63,448 nt of DNA from Macrostomum lignano (Eukaryota), in NCBI GenBank assembly GCA_002269645.1, contig NIVC01002048.1, positions 107,826 through 171,273 on the forward strand. Direction: 5' to 3'. Under the pieces are notes generated by a model. The model searched no databases. It saw nothing but the letters and a program-made list of their open reading frames with translations, and was not told the origin of the DNA. The position numbers and the translations under genes are program-made. Below, one piece after another: positions 34,701 through 46,637 of the stretch; within the stretch, counting starts at the first letter, position 1; each line of letters begins with the position of its first letter.

Positions 34701-37700
34701 TAACCTAACCTAACCTAAGGGAATTGTGCATGGTCCTAACCGGCCATGGTTCCTTCCAGAGACATATCTCGTTGCAAACCGGTTGCCCTCCCACCTGTCC
34801 CTTCTGTGGCATAGGAGAGGAGACTGCGGAGCATCACGTCACCTTCTGCCCTTACTTCAACAAGGCGCGGCACAAATATCTCGGCCTCCCCCAGCGGATG
34901 AACGAGTTGACCACCCCAGACAACATCCGTGACCTTTGCGCCTTCGTCCGGGATACCGGCCGGATGAGGGTCGCCGATGCCTCCACTGCGAACCTGCCGA
35001 CTACTGGCGGGGACTGGGCGCACCCTCAGGGTTAATCCTTGTGCTCTTTTACCTTGGGATTGCAATAGGACCTATTCGCGGCGCCTGCGCCCCCCGTCAG
35101 TAGTAAGTAAGTTAGTGACAACGACAGTGACCAGAGACAGAGTGACATTTGAGTGATATTAGCGTGGCATTTAAGTGCCAGATGGAGTGGAAGGAATTGG
35201 TAACAAATAAGTACTGGACAGAGTGACACTGAAGTACCAGTATGGAGTACATCGGAGTACCACTACAGAATGATGTTGGAACACAAGACGGAGTGACATT
35301 GGAGTACCAGTATGAAGTGACATTGGAGTAACAGTATGAAGTGACATTGGAGTAACAGTATGAAGTGACATTGGAGTAACAGTATGAAGTGACATTGGAG
35401 TACCAGTATGAAGTGACATTGGAGTAACAGTATGAAGTGACATTGGAGTACCAGTATGAAGTGACATTGGAGTAACAGTACGGAGTGAAATTGAATTGGA
35501 GTAACAGTACGGAGTGACACTGGAATACCAATCGGAGTGACATTAGTGACACAGCAATTTAAAACCAGTTTAGTAAGCAACAATGCTAAGTTAATAGCTC
35601 GTAAAGTGTCACGCTATGAACTTCAACTACCAATTTAAACAAAAAAGCACTAATTTAAATCAGCCCCACTCACCACCAAGTCCCTAGTCGCTGAGTTCAA
35701 TCGCTGAACAGTGCCCTCCATATCTGAGTAGCGATTGTGCAGTTCGCTTAATTCCTTCTCGTGCTCCAATTGCAATTTCTGCAGCTCAGAATTGTGAGAA
35801 GTTTTCAACGCTTCGACTTCAGCCTCGCGCTCTTTCAGCAACTCACTCGTGGCCTCATCAACCAGTCGTTTGGCGCGGGCCTCGCCTTCAGCAATCAGCT
35901 CTGCTTCTTTCTTTCGCCACTTTTCATCAAGATCTTTGGTGTAGGAGTCTTTGAATGTGTCGAAACTGCTCTTGAGGTAGGCGATCTGACTCTCCAGTTC
36001 TTTGCGCATCAGGGTGTACTTGGTCTCGGCTTCTTGGGCCTGGTTTATTAATTATTAATCAGCTTTTAGTTTAGTGAACATAAGTATTCGTTCAATATTC
36101 AGACACCAAGTTAACCGACTCAGATCCCACGTTCCCCTACTAAGATCCCACGTTCCCCTACTCAGATCCCACGTTCCCCTACTCAGATCCCACGTTCCCC
36201 TACTCAGATCCCACGTTACCCTACTCAGATCCCAAGCTACCCTACTCAGATCCCAAGTTCCTCCTAGTCAGATCCCAAGCTACCCTGACTCAGATCCCAA
36301 GCTACCCTACTCAGATTCTAAGCTACCCTACTCAGATTTTAAGCTACGGCCTACTCAGATCCCAAGCTACCCTACTCAGATCCCAAGCTACCCTACCCAG
36401 ATCCGAAGCTACCCTACTCAGATCCTAAGCTACCCTACCCAGATCCCAAGCTACCCTACCCAGATCCCAAGCTACCCTACCCAGATCTTAAGCTACCTAC
36501 TACTCAGGTAAAAAACCGCATACTCAGATTCAAATCTCCCTCCACTCAGATTCCAACTCCCAAGCTCATTATCATTTTCTTATTCTCAACAAAACTTCTC
36601 ACCTGCTCCTGTCTCTCCTTCTCGACCTGTTGCACAGCAGTCTGATGCTGGGCCAGCAGGTCAATGATCCGACCCTCGTGAGCCTGAGACTGAGCCTCGA
36701 GTTTTTCTTGCATCTCAGCCGTTAGGGCTTCGATCTCTTCTCGACGTTTGAGTCGCTCTTCTTCTAGCATGACAACCAAAGAGTCCAGGTGTTTCTGCAT
36801 CTGACCGACTAAAGCATCGCGCTGTGCCTCTTCAACAGTTCGGCTCTGCTTCGCCACTGTTTCGGCTTTCTGTTGCCTGGCTGTGAACAGCTGATCGGAG
36901 TCCAGGGTTACCAGGACTCGGTCTCGCGAACGGGTCAACTGGAAGCCCGGGCCAAGCTGGAAAGTCCGGCTAGCTGGAGGCTGGAAGAGTGAGAGATAAA
37001 GCTTGGGATTAAATACGATCAATCTCGTACGTCATTCTATTTAAAAGTTTGTCATAGTCTTGCAGTAACAGTGTCAACGAAAATAAAAGGTAACGGTTTT
37101 TCCACATGGAAAAAATTTTTATGTTTAAACACCATTTAACCATCACCTGTAACAACGTAATTCTCCCTCATTTCTTGAACATTCCAATCCTGTCAATCGC
37201 ATCAGATCTTGTCTTCCAAATGATCTTCCCTGTCATGAACTCAACCCCTTTGAATGGCTCTTCAGATGGAAAAAAATAATGGAATCCGCTGTCGCTAGAT
37301 CTGACAAGTTGCCGCAGAATCTTTCCGGACAACCATTCGTGCGATCCAGAAAAATTACATGCTTACATGTAGCTCCCATCACCCTGTCTTACCGCCGTCT
37401 TAGGCAGAGCAGATTCTTCACTTGTGGGCACCTCTCCGAGTTGCTGCTGCTGGTGCTGCTGCTGGTGCTGCTGGTGCCTCAAAGGCAGCGAAGCTGTGGC
37501 ACAATGCCTTCTAACCGGCTCGGACACAACCAGCAAACTCGGCGTCACTAGTCCTGCCAAATAATTAGCCGGCTTCTCGCTTGGCGCGGTTTTCACGCGA
37601 TGGCGCGTATCTGACCAGGCGGCGCGCACCGGTGTTCGTCTGTTGATGCAAGCGAACGAAGAGGACAATTTGGCGTCCGCCAGCGCGTTTGATGCTGTCG

Positions 37701-37719
37701 CAGTTGCAGTGCTGGACAT
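31775..37719 (-). CDS. Uncharacterised long coiled-coil protein, 4 coding exons, about 512 aa
   Basis: Exons 37719-37393, 36980-36603, 36039-35674 and 32242-31775, all joined in phase 0 at GT-AG sites (GCG|GTAAGA, CAG|GTGAGA, GTG|GTGAGT). The translation is E/K/L/Q-rich and heptad-like. I recognise no family. Confidence 0.75.
32300..33668. repeat. 26-31-bp minisatellite, last intron of the coiled-coil gene
   Basis: (gctgacagtgtcttgtgtcaccatt[ggtc]actgatttgt)n. Confidence 0.96.
34266..35113 (+). mobile_element. 5'-truncated non-LTR retrotransposon (RNase H plus C-terminal Cys/His motif; I/LOA/R1-like group)
   Basis: RNase H motifs [12 protein letters not shown] and [22 protein letters not shown]; C-terminal [23 protein letters not shown]; short (TAAG)n-like tail; 11-bp target-site duplication agtgacaacga at 34255-34265 and 35114-35124; +1 frameshift at about 34701-34715. 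Confidence 0.87.
35290..35545. repeat. 24-bp minisatellite
   Basis: (gtgacattggagta[a/c]cagtatgaa)n. Confidence 0.92.
36118..36510. repeat. 21-bp minisatellite
   Basis: (ctcagatccca[c/a]g[t/c]t[c/a]cccta)n. Confidence 0.92.
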
Positions 37720-37784
37720 TTCTTTCTATTGATGGATCATGCAATAAATTGGGTTTTAGACAGGCATCAAATACTGACTGTGTC

Positions 37785-39090
37785 TCGGTGCTGACAGTGT
37801 CTTGTGTCACCATTGGTCACTGGTTTGTGCTGACAGTGTCTTGTGTGACCATTTGTCACTGGTTTGTGCTGACAGTGTCTTGTGTGACCATTGACTGATT
37901 TGTGCTGACAGTGTCTTGTGTGACCATTTGTCACTGGTTTGTACTGACAGTGTCTTGTGTGACCATTTGTCACTGGTTTGTGCTGACAGTGTCTTGTGTG
38001 ACCATTTGTCACTGGTTTGTGCTGACAGTGTCTTGTGTGACCATTTGTCACTGGTTTGTGCTGACAGTGTCTTGTGTGACCATTTGTCACTGGTTTGTGC
38101 TGACAGTGTCTTGTGTCACCATTGACTGATTTGTGCTGACAGTGTCTTGTGTCACCAGTGACTGATTTGTGCTTGACAGTGTCTTGTGTCACCATTGACT
38201 GATTTGTGCTGACAGTGTCTTGTGTCAACATTGGTCACTGGTTTGTGCTGACAGTGTCTTGTGTCACCATTGACTGATTTGTGCTGACAGTGTCTTGTGT
38301 CACCATTGGTCACTGGTTTGTGCTGACAGTGTCTTGTGTGACCATTTGTCACTGGTTTGTGCTGACAGTGTCTTGTGTCAACATTGGTCACTGGTTTGTG
38401 CTGACAGTGTCTTGTGTCACCATTGACTGATTTGTGCTGACAGTGTCTTGTGTCACCATTGACTGATTTGTGCTTGACAGTGTCTTGTGTCATCATTGGT
38501 CACTGGTTTGTGCTGACAGTGTCTTGTGTGACCATTTGTCACTGGTTTGTGCTGACAGTGTCTTGTGTCAACATTGGTCACTGGTTTGTGCTGACAGTGT
38601 CTTGTGTCACCATTGACTGATTTGTGCTTGACAGTGTCTTGTGTCACCATTGACTGATTTGTGCTGACAGTGTCTTGTGTCACCATTGACTGATTTGTGC
38701 TGACAGTGTCTTGTGTCACCATTCACTGATTTGTGCTTGACAGTGTCTTGTGTCACCATTGACTGATTTGTGCTTGACAGTGTCTTGTGTCACCATTGAC
38801 TGATTTGTGCTGACAGTGTCTTGTGTCACCATTGACTGATTTGTGCTGACAGTGTCTTGTGTCACCATTCTGACTGACAGTGTCTTGTGTCACCATTGAT
38901 TTGTGCTTGACAGTGTCTTGTGTCACCATTGACTGATTTGTGCTTGACAGTGTCTTGTGTCACCATTGACTGATTTGTGCTGACAGTGTCTTGTGTCACC
39001 ATTGACTGATTTGTGCTGACAGTGTCTTGTGTCACCATTCACTGATTTGTGCTTGACAGTGTCTTGTGTCACCATTGACTGATTTGTCCT
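37785..39090. repeat. 26-31-bp minisatellite, same family and orientation as 32300-33668
   Basis: Same gctgacagtgtcttgtgtcaccatt core. Confidence 0.96.
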
Positions 39091-39987
39091 GACAAAGTAT
39101 TGACTTGATAGTGTCCTTGAGTTTTGACCAAATCTTCTGGTTTCAATTTTTTTAGAACTTCAAAATGAAATTCAACTGCAATTAACTCGTATTGCACTAA
39201 TAAAAACACATCGCAATTAACCTAAAAACTAAATTCAGTATTAACTTTGGACATCAAAAGTAAAATCTTATGGTGATGCTGAAACTAAAACTATGATATC
39301 ATCCTTAAGCTATTACACAAGACGCAGAAATTAAAAACATTTTGATACGCGTTTAGTTTTCAAAAACAGTGAAAAGCAAATAAATTTGTTGATTTATTGC
39401 AATGTAAAATAGCATTGACTTGAAACTATAATTATTATTGTCAAAATTAAATTTCTCACACACGAACGACTGAAGTAAAAGGACGGTAGCTACTAAACAA
39501 AAAGCTCTGTGAATATAGGAATATAGGAATGGCAAGCCATAACATAAGATGAACATTGCGCCTGCTTCCTATCAAAATCAACAATTTTTGTCCTGAGAAA
39601 ATGTAAAGCTCCATTCTCCGTAATGTTTTTTTCCGGTAAAACCGGCCTCCTAAAAATTTCTAAGAAATGTAGGTTCCAGTCCTATTTTCTTGAGTAGTTC
39701 TTGGAGCAGACTAAATGCACTAGCGATACGACAAATATGCCTTCTTTTCCGATCTGCAGCTCATTTGTTAGAAAACAGAGTCAAGAGTCCTTCTACTTCA
39801 GTTGTCCATGGTCTCAAATCGCTAGAGCAAACGATTTTTTAATTACAAGTTTAAATGGTTTAGCAAGAAAGTTCAGAAGTGAACTTCTATAGTGAACGAT
39901 AGCAAAAACAGTATTTTTGACTAAAAATATAAAAAAATGTCTGTGAATATTCAAAATGATTCGTGCAGATTGGCTTGACCAGACGCA

Positions 39988-40549
39988 TCAGATGAGCTTC
40001 GGGTCTTTTCCAGAGTTCATAGAGTGGTTCCGGTACATGCCGCACTGTCCAAGCTCCTGTGAAATATTAATCAAAGTATAGCTGGTTGTTAATAAATTGC
40101 AACACCCAATCTACTGTGCTGCTAAATGGGAGGTCTCAACCAAGGAGCACCGGTCTCACTAATTAGAGAGCCAATCCTCTGACCATGTCTAAATATCAAT
40201 TTAGCGATCTTGAATTCACGTGTTATTCGACATCTCAAAGCTCTCCTCTTGGGGGGGGGCTTCTTAAGATAATTTTGCAACTAATAAACGTTGCTCACCT
40301 CAGAGAAAGTCTGAGACACCGGATGGAATGTAGTCGGCATTGTGTGCACTGTGGGCGACATTTTCCCGTAATCCGATGCAGTGGTGCGGTACATTGGATG
40401 CACCGGTTTAACGTTGCCGTACCCTTTAAACCAATCCGGATTGTCGAACCTGTCGGGAATGTTCTGTACGGCGTAGTACTCGGATGTCTTGCTGCCTTGC
40501 GCGGTACCCCGCCTGGGCCTGTCGCGTTTGACGAGTCACTTGAAGCCAT
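39988..40549 (-). CDS. PIERCE1: PIERCE1 (C9orf116/UPF0691)-like ciliary microtubule inner protein, 2 coding exons, about 106 aa; needs a one-base frame correction near 40507-40510
   Basis: Exons 40549-40299 and 40056-39988 (GAG|GTGAGC, TCACAG|GAG). The frame not shown in the track reads KTSEYYAVQNIPDRFDNPDWFKGYGNVKPVHPMYRTTASDYGKMSPTVHTMPTTFHPVSQTFSE|ELGQCGMYRNHSMN. This matches the PIERCE1 pattern TSDYY..P.RF.NP.WF.GY..YRT....YG...PTVH.MP..F.P....FS..L...GM.RN as I recall it. Confidence 0.85.
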
Positions 40550-42147
40550 CGTGCACGACTTGTAAGCTGGAGGCAGTTAATGGAACAGTCTGATATGTAA
40601 ATTGAAAGAAGTTTAGACTATATCTAGGAATGAAATTTTAGCGTTGAAATGAAGAATATAAAATTATCCAAGTTTTTGGACAATAAATGACGAAATTTCA
40701 TGGCTCACGGGGGAATTTCTGAGATATCAATGCTCATGGGGGAGTTGCTGAGACGTCAAGACTCACGGCTGGGAATAGATGAGATGCCAATTGTCAATTG
40801 GAAGTTTTTGATAGGCCAAGCATCAAACGGAGTGTTTAAGAGTTAAGTTTAAGCCACAGCTTCTACAAATTTATATTTGTAGCTGAAAGGGGGTGCTGAT
40901 ATCTTCGGCTAGGTAGCTGCATGGCTTATTTGCTTAAAAACCATATAGAAACTAATTCATTTAGAAACCAACTGTATAAGGACAAAAGATAAATGTGGTT
41001 TCTTCAATTTCTTCATTCAAATTTTTTTTGTTGGCTCCCTAACGGAAGGGGCGATTAATTGCTTTTTAATAAATATCTAAAACTAAAAGATTTAAAGAGC
41101 TAAAGAGCTAAAAATCAACTGTATCAATCAATTTAACTTAGAAGTTTAAATAATAGATCTATCTTAAAGCAATTGTTTTGGCATTTAGATTTTATCTAGG
41201 AAAGTCTAAGTCCAATTATTCATAATAAGATAATAATTTTGCAAATATTAGCCTTCACTTGTGATTGCTTTCTTCTAAATAGTAAACAGTTTAGAAGAAA
41301 GTTTAAAGTTCACTTTTTAAAGTTTAGTCAAAGCTAAACTTTCGACTCTTAATTCAGTAATAAAAAAATCATATAAAATATGATATTCTAGCTCGTTTTT
41401 CTATCTACAGTAACGATAGAAGCAAATAAATCTACATTTTGTCTACATCCAGCTTAATTTATCAGCAAAACATGAAGACCAATGGTTTTTTAAATAGAAT
41501 ATAAATTATTTCGGTGGTTACAAAAGGGACAGTATCTCATTAATTTTACGGGCAAAAAAACAAACTGCAATTCGAATACTAATAGATCAAGCAGATGAGT
41601 AATTTGTCATGGGAATCAGCATATATAGACATAGTGTGCACTGTTTTATGATATACATATATCTCATACTCAGTATGTCCAATAATGAGAGGAAAAACTG
41701 AGACTGAAAACGTACAGTTAAAATGTTGATAGATACAATAAGAAAAACAAAACTTTATAAATAATTTTTTTATGGTAAAGAAAGTATTGTAGGTTACTAT
41801 TTTTGTGAATTTTAAACAAGAAAAGTTAATTCTTATTTAACTAAAAACTTCTTTGATAAATTAGAATGACTCGTCATTCTTTTTCGAAGAAGTTTTTCAT
41901 TCTGTTTTATTAAAGTGTTTTAAAGTCTAAAGACGACAAGTTATTGTTTCAAGAGCTTTCCTTTTGGCCATTGGCCTCATAACTGACTTATCAAAGTAAA
42001 AAGGTCTTAATTTTTAGCCTTCTGTTAGCGCTAGTGCAAAGTGCACTGTCCCGATCGGACAGTTTCTAATTTTGTGTCAAATAGATAAGATAGATAAACT
42101 AATAGATTAGATAGACACGACACGAGTAACATTGATTTGGCCTAATC

Positions 42148-45100
42148 ATGGTCTATGTTACCCCGTCGGGTAAGTTTTATTGATTATTAAAAAATTAATT
42201 AGTTTTTAACTTGAATACATTTCCTTTATGTCCTTTAGGCTTTATTAATTAATATCTTTGCACTTGCACTTGTAATTGTAAGCAATTATTGTTGAAGCAC
42301 TTCATAGATAAGTTAGGCGTCTAGGAGCAGGGTTAGGAGGCCTACTAGGCCTATTGCCTATGATTTATAGGCCTAGGCCTATAATATGGTTTTGCTGAAC
42401 CTACTAGGTCTAGGCCCTATGGCTATAAGCCCTAATTTGTGTGTCCATTTACAGTGTTGGGCACCAGTCCGTTAATAAGCGTTAATCCGTTAATAAGCGT
42501 TAAGATTTTTCATCAACGTTAACGGACTGTCGTTAAGACATTTGCAATGTTAAAAAAGCAGAAAATTTTGTTAATAACATAGGTAACGGAAGTAAGTAAC
42601 GGAAGTAACTTAAAAGTTACCGGGTTTTTGTTCAAAGTTACTAGGCTAACGTAAGTTACTTTTTAAAAAGTGGTAACTTAAGTTACAGTAACGCAAGTTA
42701 TGGTACTTTTTTGAGTAACTTGCCCAACACTGACTATAAGTAGCCTGTAGGCCTATTCTTATTTCATTAGGCCTAATCACTATAGTCTATATAGATCTTA
42801 TTAAAAGGTTTTTAAAATGAAGAGCTTGCATGCCATAGTCAGGAAGGTGACATGTGCCCGCTGAAATTAAATTTAGGAAGAGGTCCTTATACATGCCAAG
42901 TTATGCTAAAAATAAAAATTGCAATGTAATTGTCATGTATGCCAAAATTAAAAAATTAGGCAATTTTACTTTTGCACTACAACAATAAAAGACCTTTTTC
43001 CATTTTTATGTTTGACATTTAAATTTAGATTAGGCCCTATAAAAATATGTTTTGGGTCTATTTTTCCTTTAGGCCTAGGCTTATAATAACTTACAGTTAT
43101 ATGAAGTCCTGGTACTAAAATTATTTTAAATAGCACAATCAAATTATATTAATATTATTTTTTTATTTCCACTCCTGTCATGTTTGAACTGCAACCTTTC
43201 TTTGAAATGTTGATATATTTTGTTACAGAGACTGACGATACTAGCATTTTTAAATAGCTTTTTTGTATATTATTTTTTTGTTAGTGTTCTACCATAAAGA
43301 GGATCCGTAGCCATAGCTTTAAGCAAAACTATGGCTTACTCCAATTCTTCATATTCTGTAGCCATAGGAACCCCAAAATTACCATATTCCCATAGTTCCC
43401 ATAGCCATAGCCGTAGTTTTAACAAAAAGTCTAAAAAAACAAAATATTTTGAATCAAGAAGATAACCTAGTGCTTAAACAACTGCAAATTAAATTAGAAA
43501 ATGAAATAAACACTTAATTGTCTTTGTAAGATTATATTTCGTCTTTTTTAAAGCAACAATACTTAATTGTTATTGAAAGTACTAATGCTAAAGTTTTTCA
43601 CATTAATAAAAATTAGAGTTTGTTAGTGTTTTATTGTACTTTTTTAGGTATATTTTATAAGTTTCTAGGTTGATAATACAGTTTACTAAAAGTATCTTTG
43701 TTTTACTCTACCTGTTTCTAATATTTTTTCAATTTTTAACATTAATAACTATGGCTACGGGAATCTACGGAATGTGACAGCAACTATCATATTTCCGTAG
43801 TCATAGCCGTAAGAGCAGCTAGCTACCATAGGTGTATCCATAGCTGCCGTAGGCACTTATTTTACCGTATTTGCCATAGGATCCTGTAGCCATAGATATG
43901 GCTACAGTGGAACACTATTTTTTGTACACCAAATGCAACTTTTTTGGATACCCAGTTTGCCAAATGCATTTTTTAAGATTTAAGCATGCCAAATGCATGT
44001 TAAATGAACTATGAAAGGCTAATTCATGCTGGAATTTTCAAGCAAAAAGGCCACCTTCTTGATTGGCTTGCATGCACAGCAGCCATCTACCCAATGTTTC
44101 AATTGTATATATAGCAGCTATCTTATGACTTCAATAAGTCATATACTATTTAAATTACTATTTGAATTAAGCTTAACAAAAATTAACAATGAATTGAGAT
44201 TATATTTGGCATATGCATACATGGTGTACATGGGATAAAACATAAAACAATGCAGTATTGACAATTTTTTGATTAGGTTTAGTTAGTAGTAACAGGGGGG
44301 TTTCCTTCTGTCTCTATAGATGATCTAACTGCTATTATCAAGTTGTAACAGGCCTATTGGCTCTTTTTCTATAAAATCCTAATTGCTCACACCAGTTGTA
44401 ACAGGGTTAAACTTCTATGCTCTCTTAATTTATGTACTTTTGCGTAAATGTACTTGGTTGTGGGACTACTTTTCTATCTACTTCTATATTGGTAGCATCT
44501 ATCTATCTATTATATGTATTGTACTCTTGGCCTAAGCAGTCTTTTGGCACTTTATGTTCCTACTATTTTACTCCTCTAGAGATGTTCTCTCAGTCCTGGG
44601 CATTCCCTGGATCAGAGGGTCACAGCCTTTATGCAATTTTCCTGCCTTGAAGCAATTCTTCTGCCCTGAGGTGACCTTTATGCTCTATAATGGTTAATGC
44701 CCTGAGGTGACTCTCACTCTTTAGCAGTTTTTGAATACTCAAAAGGAAATGACTAAGTCCTTCAAACACTGCAAATAGCAATTTAGTAAAAAGACTAAAT
44801 TGGTTGTACTTGCAAAACTTGCAGAAGAAGAGGCAACAGATGAAACTGTCCAAGCTCCAAGTTGCTCAAGGGTTGCTCTTCTTGGCCTCTCCCTGGCCCT
44901 CTATTTATATTGCTTGCATGGTATATTTAAAACAAAATTTTATTTCATAAACTGTTATTTGCTTTCACAACATTTAAACAAAAAGTATACTAATTTCTTT
45001 TTAGCGTAAATTCAAACACAGTATTTTCTAAGAAAAAGTTTCATAAATGTAGTTAATATCTATACTGGACGGCATTCTATATTATAAAATGTGGCATACT

Positions 45101-46637
45101 ACATCAGTAGCAATGTGGGGATTTGAGAGAAAGGGTCCAATTTACTAGGCCTATAGCTATACTGCAGCCAACCCAGATTCTAGAAGGTTACATGTATGCT
45201 AGATTCCAGTGTACAAATGATCCCTTTCAAAGTTGGCATATAAATTCATGCATTTTTTGGTATATAAATTTTGGCATACAAATCCATGCCAATTTTTTGC
45301 ATACAAATTTTGGTAAATAAATTCATGCCATGCATAAAAACAGTAATGCAAATTAGTGTATTACATAAAATTGAGGAAATTTTGTATAGTCTATAAAGTC
45401 AATGATAAACTTTTTGCTTCTATGAATTAAATAGTAAATAAAATGAGTAAATGAGTATGAGTAAATGAGTAAACAAAGTACTAAGAATCTTGGTGGTTGG
45501 TTACTGAAGTTGGGTTATATTGCTTAGGTTGCATAGATTCTAAAATATATCTTCCATATTCTAGATAGATCATGTTGCAAGTTCGCTGACTACTCAAATA
45601 AAATAAGATTTTGTTAGAACTCAACTCTTAACTTTATTGTTTCTGTAAGATATGATTATTTAATTAACAATTAAAACAAATTTTAGGCGAGATCATGGAG
45701 CAGCGACCATGGAAAATGCCAAACATTTTTAACTGGGCCAGCAGCTTTGTACAAGGAGTTGTTATGTTGTAAGTATCTTTATTGCTCCTCTGTGTCCATT
45801 TTGTTTATTTATAGCATCTTGTAAAGCTCTTTTAATACCTTATCTGAATTGTATTGCAGCTTCCAAACATTGATTCCTTTTGATGTGAGTACAAATTTAT
45901 TTTATCGAATTCTTTCTACTATAGTTAATTAGAATTCAATTTATCAATTCACAAGTTAGATACAAAAATTTAATTTCCCATCAATCAGCTGACGAGCAGC
46001 GGCTCGCAGGCCAATCGCTACGGCTCAGACTATCGGGCGCCATCGCGCTCTGCAGCACCTGGCGGAGCAGCTAATGGCAGTGCCCGACGCAGATTTGGCG
46101 GATTCAGAGGCAGTAAGAGATGTGATATTGGTTTTTAATAGTAGTTGCGCAGTAGTAGTAATAGTAGTAGTAGTAGTGGTAGTAGTAGTAGTAGTAGTAT
46201 TAGTAGTAGTGTAGTAGTAGTAGTAGTAGTAGTAGCATTAGTGAGGTAGTAGTAGTAGTAGTAGTAGTAGAAATAGTAGTAGTAGTATTAGTAGTAGTAG
46301 TAGTAGTAGTAGTAGTAGCATTGGTGAGGTAGTAGTAGTAGTAGTAGTAGTAGTAAAATAGTAGTAGTAGTATTAGTAGTAGTAGTAGTAGTAGTAGTAG
46401 TAGCATTGGTGAGGTAGTAGTAGTAGCATTGGTGAGGTAGTAGTAGTAGTAGTAGAAATAGTAGTAGTAGTATTAGTAGTAGTAGTAGTAGTAGAAATAG
46501 TAGTAGTAGTAGTAGTAGGTACATTTGCTGCCTAACTATAATAATTATATCTATTCTAGATCTTATTATAACAAATTTCTCAAATTTTAGCGGACGCTCC
46601 GAGCGCTCCGCCGTGCGTCGGTGGCGGATGAGGTTAA
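42148..46637 (+). CDS. SELENOK: Selenoprotein K, 5 coding exons, 99 aa; in-frame UGA (Sec) at 46629-46631
   Basis: Exons 42148-42169, 45687-45768, 45860-45884, 45989-46112 and 46591-46637, all GT-AG with matching phases. Translation MVYVTPSG|EIMEQRPWKMPNIFNWASSFVQGVVMF|FQTLIPFD|LTSSGSQANRYGSDYRAPSRSAAPGGAANGSARRRFGGFRG|TDAPSAPPCVGGG-U-G*. It shows the SelK layout: MVY start, PW motif, one hydrophobic segment, G/R/P-rich tail and near-terminal GGU. A SECIS lies downstream. Confidence 0.92.
42452..42732. mobile_element. hAT-like MITE in SelK intron 1
   Basis: Perfect 12-bp TIR cagtgttgggca/tgcccaacactg with many internal GTAAC/GTTAC motifs. The flanking 8-mers do not match, so no TSD is retained. 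Confidence 0.65.
43282..43917. mobile_element. hAT-type MITE with 8-bp TSD in SelK intron 1
   Basis: TIR tagtgttc/gaacacta; identical flanking 8-mers ttttttgt (43274-43281 and 43918-43925); subterminal gtagccatag/ctatggctac repeats in opposite orientations. Confidence 0.8.
46140..46518. repeat. (AGT)n trinucleotide array, SelK intron 4
   Basis: Begins about 30 nt after the donor. Confidence 0.95.

Noticed and set aside
34701-34718. (CCTAA)3 as an interstitial telomeric repeat
   Set aside because: It has only three units, lies inside LINE coding sequence and is best explained by local slippage.
44430-45010. Short ORFs inside SelK intron 1
   Set aside because: No recognisable domain, stops in all frames and no consistent splice phases.
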